Positions 1 through 14,965 of a DNA stretch of 64,000 nt are shown here, piece after piece. The DNA is from the human T2T-CHM13v2.0 reference genome, Homo sapiens. The stretch lies in NCBI RefSeq assembly GCF_009914755.1, contig NC_060933.1; one strand, given 5' to 3'. Position 1 is the stretch's first letter. Every line of letters starts with the position of its first letter. Position numbers and translations under genes: made by a program. Below the pieces are notes generated by a model. The model did no database searches. It was not told the DNA's origin and was given only the letters and a program-made list of their open reading frames with translations.

Positions 1-539
1 CAGAATCAAGGTACAAGATGGCTATAATAAAAATGCTCTTTTAAATGATTTTGAGATAAATATTGAGGAATGGGAAGATAAATAATTTTCAGAAAAAGTA
101 TCATTTAATGATAAATGAACTATCCCTCTTTCACATTCAGACAAACTCAGTGGACCCGTTAAAGTGAAATTAAATAGGTAGCAAATGAGAAGGGAAATGA
201 GTATGTTTTAAATGTGGATAGTTTAGCAGATACTGAATCCAACTGAATAAATAAAAGGTGTATTACTGAGCTCTGCTTTTCAACTTGGGGTTCTCAGGGG
301 TACACTTTATCCACGAACACAATATTTTAATTAAGGTTCAGTAGTTTGAAACAATACTTTTAGATAAAGAAGTATTTCATAAACTTCAACATTCATTCCT
401 GAGCTGCAAAGGAAAAATTAGTAAAAAAATAATTATCCGATTACAGTATTTACATATATATCTATGTCTACAACCACAGTATGTCTATATGTAAACAAAT
501 TTATGAATAAAAAATAACAAGTAGGATCAAACTTAATGG

Positions 540-2620
540 TGAATCACTAAATCACTAGAAAATTTTCCTCCAAATGTAGAAACTAGGCAAAAACCCAGAA
601 AGTGCTAGCAAATCAATTAGATAGGAAGAGGTATAATTTTTGGAAAATATGTGGCAAAACTATCATTATTCACAGATCAAATTAATGTCTATCATGGAAA
701 CCAATGGAAATCAACTAAAATGATTAGAACAGTAGAATAAGTGACTTAGAATACTACAAAATAAATGTAATTTAAAAAAAATTTTCTTGTCTACACAAAC
801 CATTTAGAAAATACTATTGTAAAAATTATCTCAGTCATGGCATCTCAAAAACATCAAATCCTTAGTATAAACTTAACAAGAAATACATAGAACTAATATG
901 ACAACTATTAAACCCTATCAAGAATCAAAATAACTAAAAGAGATATGTACTATGTAGAGAGATTAAATATTATAAAAATATTGATTTCTTTTTCCATAGA
1001 ACACACATTACAAAGAATAAGGTTTTAAGCTTGAAAAATTAATTCTAAAGTTCATTTGGAAGAAAACATATATGAAAATAATCAGAAACAGTAAAAAAAT
1101 TATGAAAACACCTGCCATACAATGCATTCACACATAAGATACAAAACTATAATAATAAATCAGCATGCTATTTACACAAAAATAAAGTCAAGAAAACAGA
1201 AAGTAAGGAATTATATCTAAATATATTTGAAAAGCCAGTTTATGTTAAAGGCGGCATTTTAAATCAGTGAGAAAAATACAAATGATTGGCTTGATATTTT
1301 GTGGGAAAATTTGCATACTAACTTTACTTCTTCCAATAAATTCCAGATGAATTAAGGATTCAAATGTAAGAAGAAAACATGTACTAGAAGAAAATTCAAT
1401 AATTTTATAGTATTAGAGTTAAGTAGCATTTTCTGTGAATAAAGTTAGAAACCCAGGAAGGAAGAGAATGATTGACTCTGTTGTACACATTTTAAAAACT
1501 TGGTATAACAAACAAATAACACACACATGTGATTGCTAAACTGGAGAATATATTTAAAACATATGTAATAGATGAAAAGGTGAATGCCAATAGAAAATTA
1601 GGAAATGAGTATAATAAAATTAAAAATAGCCAATAAGTATATGAAAGGGTGATTAGCTATTAGTAAGCAAAAGAAATGCAAATTTAAAAATAGGGGGTAT
1701 GTAGTTTTTGCCTGTCATATTGATAAAGTTTGATAATCATTTTTAGCCAGAATTAACAAGGGTAGAAGAAAATGAACATCCACATACTGATAAGGAATAA
1801 AAACTGGACATTAATTGATATACTAGATTTAAATATATCTAAGTTCAATATGTTAATTCTTTTGACTTTTTTTCCTATTTCTAGAAATGTATCATTAGAA
1901 AATAAGCGAACTACTATACATGTTTGTTACAGATTTGTCTATAATAGAGCAAAATGGAAATATGTAACAGTAGGAATTTAGTTATATAAGTTATAAAGCA
2001 GCCATACAGTAAAATACCATCTAGCCAATACACTGTAACCCTTGACGGCTAATATGGTTTGGCTGTGTCCCCACCCAAATCTCATCTGGAATTATAATTC
2101 CCATAATCCCCACATGTTGTGGGAGGTAACTGAATAGTGGGGGTGGTTATCCCCATGCTGCTGTTCTTGTGATAATGAGAGTTCTCACAAGATCTGGTGG
2201 TTTTATAAGGGGCTTTTCCCTCTTTGTTCATTCTTTTCCTTCCTGCTGCCATATGAGGAAGGATGTGTTTGCTTCCCCCTTCAGTCATAAGTTTCCTGAG
2301 GCCTCCCCAGCCATGCTGATCTGTGAGTCAATTAAACCTCTTTTCTTTATAAATCACCCAGTCTTGGGTATTTCTTCACAGCAGCATGAGAACAAACTAA
2401 TACAACTGTATGCTTAACATGGAAAATGAAATGATATATGCTGTACTCACATTTGTATGAACATATTTTATAAATATGAATATACATACATGTATGAAAG
2501 GAGAAAACTGGAAGGATATAATAAAGATGTTGACAATACTAACTTTTTGAGGTGGTGGGATTAATGGTGATTTTCACTTTCTTTTTATAACATTATGAAT
2601 TCTGAATTTTTTCAAAAATA
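540..2620 (+). mobile_element. Old L1M (L1ME-like) ORF2/3' end remnant, interrupted by THE1 LTR
   Basis: A-rich decayed ORF2 landmarks (aattctaaagttcatttggaag; aaaactataataataaatcagcatg) and an L1ME-type 3' tail near 2420-2620. Confidence 0.7.
2050..2404 (+). mobile_element. THE1 (THE1C/D-like) solo LTR, ERVL-MaLR
   Basis: TAATATGGTTTGGCTGTGTCCCCACCCAAATCTCATC...CAGCATGAGAACAAACTAATACA; ~355 bp. Confidence 0.92.
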
Positions 2621-2659
2621 TACCTGTATTACTTTTATAATTAGAAAAATAATTTCTGA

Positions 2660-3680
2660 AATATTTTTCATTGATACATAATATTTGTACGTATTTATGT
2701 AACAATGTGATATTTTGTTACATGCATAGAATGTAATGATCAAGTTAGAGTATATAGAGTATCCATCACCTTGAGTATATATCACTTCTATGTGTTGGGA
2801 ACATTTCAAGTCTTCCAGCTGTTTTGAAATACACAATATATTATTAACTACAGTCACTCTACTGTGGAACATTAGAACTGATTCCTTCTGTCTAACTGTA
2901 CGTTGGTATCCATTAACAAACCTCTCTTCATCTCCTCCCTTGATCTTGGCCACAGTTCCCAGTGTCTGGTATCTATCATTCTACTTTCAACCTCCATGCT
3001 ATCAATGTTTTTAGCTCCTACATTTGAGTGAGAACATGTGATACTGTCTTTCTGTGCTCGGCTTAATTCACTTACTATAATGGCCTTCAGTTCTATCCAT
3101 GTTGCTGCAAACAACACTTTATACTTTCTTTTTGGTAGAATAGTATTTCATTGTATACATGTACCACATTTTCTTTATCCATTCATTTGTTGATGGACAC
3201 TTAGATTGATTCTGTATCTTTGCTACTGTGAATAGTGCTGCAATAAACATGGGCGTACAGATATACCTTTGATATACTGTGTATTATTCCATTTTCATGC
3301 TGATGATAAAGACATACCCAAGACTGGGAAGAAAAAGAGGTTTAATGGACTTACAGTCCCAGCAGTGGGATTGCTGGATCATACGAGAGTTCTATTTTTA
3401 GTTTTTCTGAGAAATTTTCATACTGTTTACCACAGTGGCTGTAGTCGTTTACATTTACACCAACAATGTTTAAGAGTTCCTTTTTCTGCACATCCTTACC
3501 AGCATAAATTATTTTTTGTCATTTTAATAATAGCCATTCTAACTGGGGTAAGATGATCTCTCAATGTGGTTTTGATTTGCATTTCCCTGATGATTACTGA
3601 CGTTGAGCATGCATTTTGTTTTCATATTCCTGTTGACTACTTGTATGTCTTTTGAGAAATGTCTACTGATGTCCTTGACA
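2660..3680 (-). mobile_element. L1MA-type 3' end
   Basis: Reverse-complement L1MA 3'UTR and ORF2 C-terminus (ORF track MLFAATWIELKAII...). Confidence 0.85.
3280..3359 (-). mobile_element. 80-bp remnant of THE1A/B LTR 3' end inside the L1MA
   Basis: TGTATTATTCCATTTTCATGCTGATGATAAAGACATACCCAAGACTGGGAAGAAAAAGAGGTTTAATGGACTTACAG. Confidence 0.88.
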
Positions 3681-4431
3681 TTATTTTGACATTCAAAAAG
3701 TCATGGATATGTTTTATAATGAAAGATAGAATTGCATGGCTTTTAAAAAAAGGCTCAACTAAGTCATTTATTTAGATGTCTAATGCACAGAATAATTCAT
3801 AGAAGATTATAATTTATTTAGTTACCTTGACATTATTCCTCCCTCATCAATTTCTCCACCTCAAAGAAGGTGGACTTTTAGGTAGTAAAGATTGTGATCA
3901 TTATTTGCCACCTAAATTAAGAAGAAAACTTAAAACGTGTCAATCGTTTGATTTTAAGCATACAGCTCAATGAATTTAGAAAGATGTTTACACCTTTGTA
4001 AGCACCATCACAATCTGATACAGAACATTACCATCATCCTCTTTACCTCTTTTCCGTCTATCCCAACCTCTGTTACCGGCTTAAAGTAAGCACTGATCTG
4101 CATTGTCACTATAGATTAGTATTCATTTTATATAATTTTATATCAATGAAATCATATAATATATACTCTTATGTCCAGCATCTTTCACTCAGCATGTTTT
4201 TGAGATTCATGTTGTTGCATGTAACAGTAGTTTGTTCTTTTTTTATGTCTGGTAGTATTGTTTTGTCACAACTTGCTTATCAATTCAACTATTTTTGGAA
4301 GCTTGGGCTGTGTCCAAGAGCTGCTATGAATATTAATATAAACATCTTTGTGCATACTTATGTTTTTTCTTAAATATATACCTAGAAATATATACCTATA
4401 TATAGGGTAGGAATATGTATAGTATTTATAA

Positions 4432-4843
<412 letters not shown>

Positions 4844-5412
4844 GACTGTCTTTTATATGTTATCCATTCTTGTGGGACTATATTATCTCTTTGCATTTTC
4901 CTCATAACTAGTGATGCTGAGCATCTGTTTGTCTGCTTATTGCCCATTTAGGTAGATTCTTTGGCATATTTTATGTTCAACATTTTTCTCACTTTTAATT
5001 GCATTTTTAAATTATTGAGATATAAATGTTATGTATATATTCTAAATACAAGTTCTTTATTAGATATATGTATTGTGAATATTTTATGCTCATCTATGGT
5101 TTACCTTTTTGTTTTCTTCATATTTCTTAAAGAGCAGAAGTTTTAAAATTTAAATCCATTTTAACATTTTTTTAATGATTTATCCTTTTGGTTTCTATTT
5201 AAGAGCCCCTAGAGCCTATATGCCAATGTCTTGAAGATTTTCTCCTATGTATTCTTCTGGAAATTTTTATAGTTTTATTATTTACATTCAAGTCCGTGAT
5301 CCATTTTGAATTGATTTTTGTGTGTGGTATGAAGTAGGGAAGATGATTTATTTTCCTCCTACAGCTATCTAGTTTTTTTGTAGTGTTATTTCTTAAAAAG
5401 ACTTTCCTTTCT

Positions 5413-5730
5413 GGCCAGATATGGTGGCTCACACGTGTAATCCCAGCATTTTTGAAGGTTGAGGTGGGAGGATTGCTTGAAGCCATGAGTTTGAGATCAG
5501 CCTGGGCAACAGAGCAAGATCGCATATCTACAAAAATAAAAAATAAAATAGCCAGGCATGGTGGCATGCATCTGTATTCCCAGCTACTCAGGAAGCTGAG
5601 GTGGGATAATTGCTTGAGCTGAGGAGTTCGAAGCTGCAGTAAGCTGTGATTGCCACTGCACTCCAGTCTGGGTGACAGTGAGACCCTGTCTCTACAAAAA
5701 TATAAATAAGTAAACAAAAATAAAAATAAA
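5413..5730 (+). mobile_element. AluJ
   Basis: Dimeric Alu with J diagnostics (GGATTGCTTGA, GAGACCCTGTCTC) and a degenerate A tail. Confidence 0.93.
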
Positions 5731-5892
5731 TACTTTCTTTTCCCTATAACATTACCTGGGGACCTTTATCAAAAATCAGTTGACCGTATATGCACATCTC
5801 CATTTCTCTTTTCTATTCTGCTCCACCAGAATAGATACAGTATGTACAGCTGTACTATATTATACCAGTACGGCTGTCTTGGTTACTGTAGC

Positions 5893-6194
<302 letters not shown>

Positions 6195-7047
6195 ACTGTA
6201 GCTTTTTATCATCAGTTTAATTCTTGAAATCAGATGGTGTTGTTCATCCAATTTTTGTCTTCTTTTCCAAAAATCCTTTGGGCTTTTCTAGATCATTTGA
6301 ATTTCCATATAAATTTTAGCATCAACTTGATGATTTCTAAAGAAATTTTCTGTGATATTGACAAAAAATGTGTTGATTAAATTAATAAATCTATGGAGAA
6401 TCGATATTATAACAGTATTGAACAACTTTCCAATTCACGAATGTTGTACGAGCTTCTTATCTTTAGGTATTCTTTAATTTCCTTCAACAAATATTTTGTC
6501 ATCTAGAAATAAAGACAGTTTCATTCTTTCCTTTCTGATTTGTATACCTTCATTTTTTGTCTTTCGCATTTGTTAGTACCTCTTGTACAATGTCAAATAG
6601 AAGTGCTGAGAGCTATCTTCCTTCCTTTCCTAATCTTAGAGGACAATTATTTGGTTTTTCACCATTAAGTTTGATGTTAGCTGTGGGTTTTTCATAGATG
6701 ACCTTCATTAAGATTGGGAAGTGTTTTTTCTTAGTTAACTAAGATTTTTTAAAATTACAAGTGAGTACGGAATGAAAAAATGCTTTTCTGTATCTATGGA
6801 GATGATCTTATTGTTTTTCTCCATTATTCTTTTAATATGACAAGTAATACTGATTAATTTTTGAAGATTAAACCAACCTCACACTTCTGGGATAAACCTT
6901 ACTTTGTCATTTATTGAATATTGTGTTTGTAATATTTTTTGGAATTGTTCTGTTAATATTTGGTCAGTAGTTTTTCTACTTCGTGAGAATTTTTGTCTAA
7001 TTTTTAGTTTCTTTGTGATGTATCTATATACTTTTAGTATCAGAGTA

Positions 7048-7384
7048 CAGTAGCCCCTCCGTATTCATGATTTTGCTTTCTGTGGTTTATTACTAATGGT
7101 CAACTGTGGTCCAAAATCAGGTGAGTACAATAGTTATTTTAAGGGAGAGTGAGAGAGAGAGACTACATTCATATAACTTTTATTATAGTATATTTTTATA
7201 ATTGTCCTATTTTATTAGCAATTTTTAAAATCTTGTATTGTGGATAATTTACAAATTAAACTTTATCATAGGTGTGTATACATAGGGAAAAACATAGTAT
7301 TTGTAGGGTTTGGTAGTATCTGCAGTTTCAGGCATCCACCAGGGAACTTGGAACGTATACCCTGTGGTTAAGGGGGGACTACTG
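7048..7384 (+). mobile_element. MER44A-like TcMar-Tigger MITE
   Basis: TA|CAGTAGCCCCTCCGTATTC ... TAAGGGGGGACTACTG terminal inverted repeats; 337 bp. Confidence 0.85.
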
Positions 7385-9560
7385 CAATACAGTTCTCACA
7401 AAGCCAGTTAGAAAGTGTTCCTTGATTTTTGTTCTCTTTTTCCTAAGAAGTTTGTATAGAATTTTTATTATTTATTTTAAAAATATTTGGCAGAACTTAC
7501 CTGCGAATCCAAACAGACCCTAGAATTTCTGTGTTTGAATGCTGTAAAATACAAATTGATTTCTTTGGCAGATATTGGAATATTTACATGTCCTATTTCC
7601 TTGTGTGTCAATTTTGGTAATTTGTTTCAAGAAATTTTGTTATTTCATCTAAGCTATCAAATTTATTGCCTGAAGTTGTCATAAACTTCCCTTATTATTC
7701 TTCTAATGTCTGAAAATCTAGAGGTTATCTGTTTTATTCCTGATATCAGTGAGTTGTGCCTTTCTTTTCTCTTGAGAAATCTAGAATTTTTTCAGTTTTA
7801 TTAAAATTTTCAAAGGACCAACTTTTGCTTGTATTGATTTTCTCTATTGTGTCTTTTTATTTCATTAATTTCTGTTCTTATCCTTATTATTTGACTATTT
7901 ATTTTGTCTTCAGTCCAGTCTTTTAATTCATTTTCGCTTCCTAAGATTAGATCATTAATTTTGGACCTTTCTTCTTCACTGACTTAAGGTATAAAAACTA
8001 TAAATATCCCTTTCTACATGCTTTAGCTACATATCACAAATTGATTTTTTATAAAGTATCATTCGGTCAAAAACGTTTTCTAATTTACTTTGTGCTTCCT
8101 TCTTTGTCCCATCTAAATCATCTTCTAAATCCCCAACAAAATTCCCTTCTTTAGGATTTAGTTGGTTTATTCTTAAATGTTTAGGTCTTCTTCTAAATAT
8201 ATCATTTCTAATTTAATTCTGTGAGGTCAGAGAATACACTATGAAAAATTTCCATCTTTTGAAACCTACTATGATTGTTTTATTGGACCAGCGTATGATC
8301 AATCTTGCTGCCAGGCCATGTGCACTTGAAATGGATGTGAATTTGTACTTTTTGGGTGAAGCAGTCTTTAAAAGTCATTAAGGCTAATGTGGTTGAATGT
8401 GTTGTTCAGCTCTTCTAAATCCTTATGAATTTTTTCTAAGTTATGTTATCAATTCCTGAGAAATGGGTATTAAAATCTCTAACTATGAATGTGAACTTGT
8501 CTGCATATTCCTAAGTTCTATAGGTTTGGGTTTCATGTATGTTAAAGCTCTGATATTAAGCACATGCTCGATTTCTGATGTATAAATCATTTATCATTAG
8601 GAAGAATCCATATTTGTATCTAGTAATGTTCCTTGTTTTTAAGTCATCTTTGTTGGGGTAATATATTGGGGGTTATTTCATTTTGGTTCATTCCTTAATT
8701 TTCAGAAAATAAGATATTCAAATATATGAATACAAGGAGAATATTCAAGAGAACGACAGGAACAACCAGCTTCCTTCCATTTTGAAATTAAGATTTTTAA
8801 AAAAACAAGCTGTTAAAATCTGGTTGTTCTGCTAGTCTAAATTGTTGAGAAATAGAGTCCTGGTTAATCAATCTAGAGCTGAAACTATTTTCAAATAATT
8901 ATGCTTCAGTATTCACAGTCCACTGGAAACACACTTGAAGCCAAATATTTCCTGGCAACAGAGGTGAACTGATAGCATTCGATAAAACATGACCTGAGAA
9001 GCATCTAAACAGACAATATTTGCTTTGCCATTGAGGATTCCCTATCTTGCAGCTATAATTTCCCCACAGCAAGTACCCTTTGCCTGGTTCACAGTATAGC
9101 TTTCTGCTGTTTTCCTTAAGCTGTGATTCAGCCATCTGTAACACACAAAATGTGGCGTGACATTTTAAATGATTAAAACAGCCACTCTAGCTTTCTTAAA
9201 GTTTTTGTGGTATATCTTTTTTTTTTTTTTTTTTTTACTTGTACATACATGTGGTTTTGCATTTAGAAAGCTTCTCTTTTTGACAGCATGTAGTTATTTC
9301 TTGCTTTTGAATCTAGTCTCATAATCTCTGCCTTTTGTTATACTGCTTAGTCCATTTAAATTTAATATAGTTATTGATATGGTTGCATTTAGGGATGTCA
9401 TTTTGCTATTTGCTGTCTATTTGTCCCTTGCATTTTTTGTTCCTGTCTTTTTCATTTCTTGCCTTATTCTGATTTTTGTTTTGTATTTCAATTCCTCCTG
9501 TGACTTTTAAACTATGTTTTATTACTTATTTTTATTTATTCCTCTAGGGATTAAAGTATA

Positions 9561-9901
9561 TAGATGGTCTCCAATTTATAATGGTCGATTTATAATTTTT
9601 CAACTTTACAATGGTGTGAAAGCAATATGCATTCAGCAGAAACTGTATTCTGAGTGCCCATACAACCATTCTGTTTTCCCATTTCAGTACAGTATTCAAT
9701 AAGTTACATGAGATATTCAATACTTTATTACAAAATAGGCTTTCTGTTAGATGATATTGTCCACCTTTAGGGTAATGTAAGTGTTGTGAGCACATATAAG
9801 TTAGGCTAGACTAAGCTATGGTGTATTTTCAATGTAATGATATCTTCAACTTGTAATAGGTTCATTGGGATGTGACCCCATCATAAGTCATGGAGTGTCT
9901 G
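9561..9901 (-). mobile_element. MER47A-like TcMar-Tigger element
   Basis: TA-flanked with decayed TIRs; interior matches MER47 (CAGTACAGTATTCAATAAGTTACATGAGATATTCAA; TAGGCTAGACTAAGCTATG). Confidence 0.85.
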
Positions 9902-10014
9902 TATATCTTCATCGCAGTCAACTTTAATATCGAATTGCTTCAAGTAAAATATAGGAGCTCTGCAACAGCATATTTCCATTTATACTCCTCCCCTCATCCT
10001 TGGTGGAGAGAGGT

Positions 10015-10560
10015 ACAGACATAGCGAATAGTGTTTGCAAAGGCATGGAGACAGTAAGAAACACTCTGCAATTGGGGACACAGTAGTTCAGAATGGTTGG
10101 AACAAAAACTGAGGAGAGAAAAGAGACTGAAGAGGTAATTAGAGGAATGATTTACAAGGGGCTTATACACTGTGATAAGCTGTTTACACTTTATCCTGAG
10201 AGCAATGGCAAGCCATTAAAGTGTTTTATGCAAAAGAGTGATATGATCAGATTTACATTTTGGAAAAATTAATCTGATTCCAACACGAAAAATAGACTTG
10301 CAGAAGAGAAAGACTTGAAGCTGATCACTCAGGAGGCTGTTAATTCAAGTCAGAAAAAAATAGTGGTTACTCTCAGGGTCATGGGTGTAGGCTTGGGTAA
10401 ATGGGCAAATTCAAGAGGTATTCTGAGGCACAACAGAAATGCTTCACAGCCAATCGGCTGTGGAGGGTGTATGAGAGGAGAAGCCAAGATTATTTACACT
10501 CTTTTGACAACTGGGTGAGACCTGGTGTCCTTCACTGAGATGGAGAATTTAAAGCAGCAT
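10015..10560 (-). mobile_element. L2 fragment
   Basis: TTTATCCTGAGAGCAATGGCAAGCCATTAAAGTGTTTTATGCAAAAGAGTGATATGATCAGATTT is a typical antisense L2 block. Confidence 0.8.
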
Positions 10561-13500
10561 GAGGAATTCCTGGTTTCCTCAAATGTGTCTATCACTAGAC
10601 CAAAATGTGTGGGGTGCCTGGGCAGATTAATGACTTTTCCACTCCTTAAAAAGAATATTATTTTGTAATAGCTTTTAGAATTTCTTTGGTAGGGCAGGGA
10701 AATAGATTTTCAATTATAATCAGATGACTATGTCCAACATAAAAGTTTTATGATGTACTTCATACTTTCCAGTTCGTTTTTGAATTGACGGTAAAGTGCG
10801 AGTCGTTTTTTATAGATTCCACTGGAGAGTACTGTCTTATTTGGCAGAATTTGCCCAATCTGCCTATCACCAATTAAATATAGAAGTAATTGGCATCTTA
10901 TTTCTGATTTATTTCAATAGTGGTTAAGAGAAAGTTCATTTATTGTTTAGATTCCTTAATTTGGCTGTAAGTATGTCTGCCACGGAAGACAGTATCTAAC
11001 TAAATCATGGCCAAAACTGAACTAGAAAGGAGCTCAACTAAGGTGGATCAATTTCAGCTCCAAAGTGAAGGACTGCCAAAAAGAAGGGTGGATAAGCACC
11101 CCGGCAAGCCTGCTGTAGGCAAGGTCCCTTTACATCTGGAACTGCTCCCCCCCTTCTACGACTGTCCTTCAGCTAGGCAAAAGTGGATAATTTGGGGTCA
11201 TATCTCATCAACTTTTTGAGTAGCTTAGAAACTGTGGAGGAATGTTGTGCTTTGTTATTCTCCTCACAAATATTTCTCAGTTTTAGCCCAGAAGGCAAAC
11301 TGCTGGCTCCACTTAGCTTTCACTGTCAGCAGAAGTCTTACAATCCAAAGCTTGCTCATAATGTCCGACTGTGACCAAGGTTTGACAAGATGAATTTTGT
11401 TTCATTAGGAATAAAGCAGGAAGCTAAAATCTATAGGGAGTTGACTAGGGCCTTTCCATTAATTCTGATCAAAGGGATTCTCAAGCACAATGATTAGTAC
11501 GTACCTTTTAAAACCTAGCATGTAAAGTTGGATATTTTTATACTTACATTTTTCGTATGCTGGGTATTTATTCCCCACTTATTCTATTCATGTAAGGAAC
11601 ACAAATCAAAATATCAGGAAATAGACTTAAAGAAGCAACATGAAAGACTAAAAATAGCATAAATGTGTGCTCACTTATACCTGGCCCAAATTCTGATTTT
11701 GACATTTGTTAGCTGTGGGACTTTTTCATCTATGTCTATGATTCTCACTATTTCCTCTGTTAATTTTTGATAACACAGAATAACTGAGCATTAAAGGTGG
11801 TATACATGGTGCCTAGCACATAAATAATAGCTGTCATTGTGATTATTTTTTATAGGATAATGGTTTCGTTTGTTGAATCAGTATTTGTCAGGACAGAAAG
11901 CAAACCAAATAAAGGCATATATTTCCTCTGCAATAGGACTACACTTCAGAAAGATGTCCTCAAACAGATACAGTGATAAGGAGAGTGAAGAGATTGGTAA
12001 AATGGAGAAAGAGAAATGAATTTTAAGCAACCATTATTTTTAAAAAACACAAGTAAGAAAGGAAAGAGATCATGGTTGTTGTATGTTGTTTAAAAAGAAA
12101 GTTTAGGAGGAAACAGCTGCTTTGATGGATAAGGTAATGATAAATTGCTTAGCCTGGAAATTCTATGATTAATTTAGTTCTCTGACTGGCAAATGAACAA
12201 GGGCACAAAACAATAAATGGATAGCACAGAAATCTCTGTAAACCTTCTGACAATCTATAAGACTTTTTTGTTTTTTTGAAGTCAGTAAAGCTATTTCTCA
12301 AATGGAGAAGAATGGGTGAAGAGTGGGTTGAGGTAAGGGTAAAAAAAAAAAAAAAGCAAGCAAAGGTTTTAATGAATAATGGTGTCCAAAATACATCTGA
12401 GGCTATAATTTCCAGATATCTAAAAACTGTAACTTCAGAAATCCTGGACTCCATGAAATCAGATACTGAAGAGTTGTGAAAGTTGTATAAAACATTTTAA
12501 AACTAAAAGAAATCAATTTTAGTATGAGCAAGTCTGGAAAATCACCAGGGTTACCTAAGTTCTTTGAAGGACCCCAAGCCAACTTGAGATGAAGCCCAAA
12601 GTCCCAGACCTGGCAGGAAACATTGGATTTCAACTCTCTTTTTACAGAAATAAAATATATCTTTATACATGATTTCTAATTATCCTCCAAACCATTGCAT
12701 TTTTACCTATTTCTCTCTACTTATTTATGGTAAGGAAGGAATGGAAACTTTCAATATTGAGGTTCAACTTGGAGAACATTCAAGGGGAAATGGAAACAGC
12801 CAAAATGAAAGCCAGACTTGGAGAGCATCAAATGTGTTATATATTATAACATATTTTTTTCTAAAAGTTTACAGGTGTAATGCTAAAATTATTCAGTGGC
12901 TCACGCAAGTAGGTAGACAGTTACTCACTATTGTAAATACCTTTCAATTAGCTATATGCTGATTACCAATTCTGGGGGTAACTGAAGATAGTATTTTGGT
13001 CTATAATTACTTGGCTAGGGACTGATATATGCTGGCAATTATTATATGGTTTGAAGCCTATAAAGACAATGTGAGATTCTATCTGTATAAAAATTAGCTG
13101 AATTAGCTGTTAATATGATTTAATGCAATGAAATCGATATAAAATGGGCATACAACTACTAAATTGAGCAGACAATATAGTCAGACAGCATCTTTATTCT
13201 TTTCTTCTATTGTCTCTTTATAATTTATTCAGGGGAGGTAAGAGGATCAAGAAAATTGTTATTTAATTGGAACTGTGCTATAGATAACTTAATGTCCTCT
13301 GGGACTGGGGAATTTCAAAGCTCAGTCCTTTTGTGTAGCAATTTCTGGGGGTTCTTCAGGATCCACAATCAAGAGCTATCCTGCATGTAGTTTCCTTTCA
13401 TCTGGATGAGTAAATCTCCATTCTGGCTTGTTGAGTAGTTATTCCATAGTCTCTAGGAATATCTTATTTGCAGAGGTCCTGTAACCTCTTCCAGGTGGCC

Positions 13501-14491
13501 TTGTTATAAAGTATGTATATGTATGTTGCCTTCAACGGCATGGAAAAAACTCATTTGCCCAAAAAACCTCTGGAAATGCAGAGCAATCCCAATACAGCAG
13601 CAACTTTCTTTACTCTCCCACAAGAAACAAAAGAGGATATCTAGCCTAATATTTGTTTTCTAGATTTGCCAGGAAGGAGTTAGACAGAAGTCATGATGTG
13701 TCTTTAACTACAGGCAAAGACTATTAAGGATTCCATATAATCCTGTTGAAGCAATTTTCTCCTGATTTCAGGAGAAGGGGAAAGAAACTTTTCTTGCTTG
13801 ATGAGTCATTTGCCTAATGTTACAGTCTCAGTAAGGGAACAAGTATTTCTATCCAGGATTTTTTGACTCTCAGTATTTTTTTTTCAGTCCAGGTTTTTTT
13901 GAGCTCTTAACTTTTACCTTATACTTCTCTCATGCTTTATCACTGAAATACCTCTCATTGCAAATAGATAGCAACTCTATTTTAAAAAGCAGATTTTTTC
14001 CAGTAACGCTTCCTTTTAAAAATAGAAAAAAAAAAAACCCACACAATTTTCTCATTTTCTCTCTGGGTTATGCTTTGTTATCTTTTTCCCTGATTCTCAG
14101 TCATCTTTCCAATGGACTGTATCTATCTGAAAACATGAATTCATCTTGTATTCCAGCGACTAGTGAACAATTAGCAAAGCTTGTCCTAAGTCATTAATTG
14201 ATAGTTTCTGTTTAATCTTTCCCGAAACTGGAGAGCCCTCTGTTCTCGTGTTTATTTTGATCTCTTTGGAATGCAAATTATTTGCTCTTCTACAGTTCTG
14301 AATCTCCTTTTGGCCTACATAGAAATACTTGGACATATATAGTATGCCTATTCTACTTAAAATTTTAAAAGATGAAAGTGATTTTTGTCTAGCTTTGAGG
14401 TCTCTTTGAAATTAATATTACTAATTAAAGGGTAGTTGGCTTAAGATGCCTGCTGGCCTCACAAATGCGACACAAAATGACCCTAATCTAT

Positions 14492-14690
14492 AAGGCAGTA
14501 TAAGGTAATGGCTAAAAGCACATATGCGCAACCGTCAAACTGTGTTTAAATCTTAACCCTCTATTATTCTCAGTTTTCTTACCTTTAAAATGAGAACAAT
14601 ATTAACTATCCTACAGGGTTACTGTGTGAATGAAATGTGATCGTGTACATAAAGTCAGAGCTCCATACTTTTATTATTATTATCACTATT
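14492..14690 (+). mobile_element. MIR
   Basis: Core CTCAGTTTTCTTACCTTTAAAATGAGAACAATA...CAGGGTTACTGTG. Confidence 0.75.
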
Positions 14691-14965
14691 TAGGCAAAGG
14701 GAAATGTTGCTCATTGTATGACACAAAATCTCTCAACTGAAGGAAGTACTGAAAACCCTTTTTGATGCAAATAGCCACAGAGAGGATATGCAATCTGGAG
14801 GCAATGGATTAATCTATTAAGGTAGATGTTAAAGTCTGTTAAGTATTTTATATTACAGCTGAAAACAAAGGAGGTAATCATACTCAGGGCAAAAATTCCT
14901 GCTAAGAAGTTACTTAAGTTCCTCTAAAGATACAGTTAGGACAAGCTATGAAATACATGCCTCAA

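Noticed and set aside
2050-2404. THE1 LTR as DUX4-driven promoter or PRDM9 hotspot
   Set aside because: The DUX4-type motif is degraded (TAACTGAATAG rather than TAATTGAATCA), and the hotspot position reads CCTCCCCAGCCAT, not the CCTCCCTAGCCAC form.
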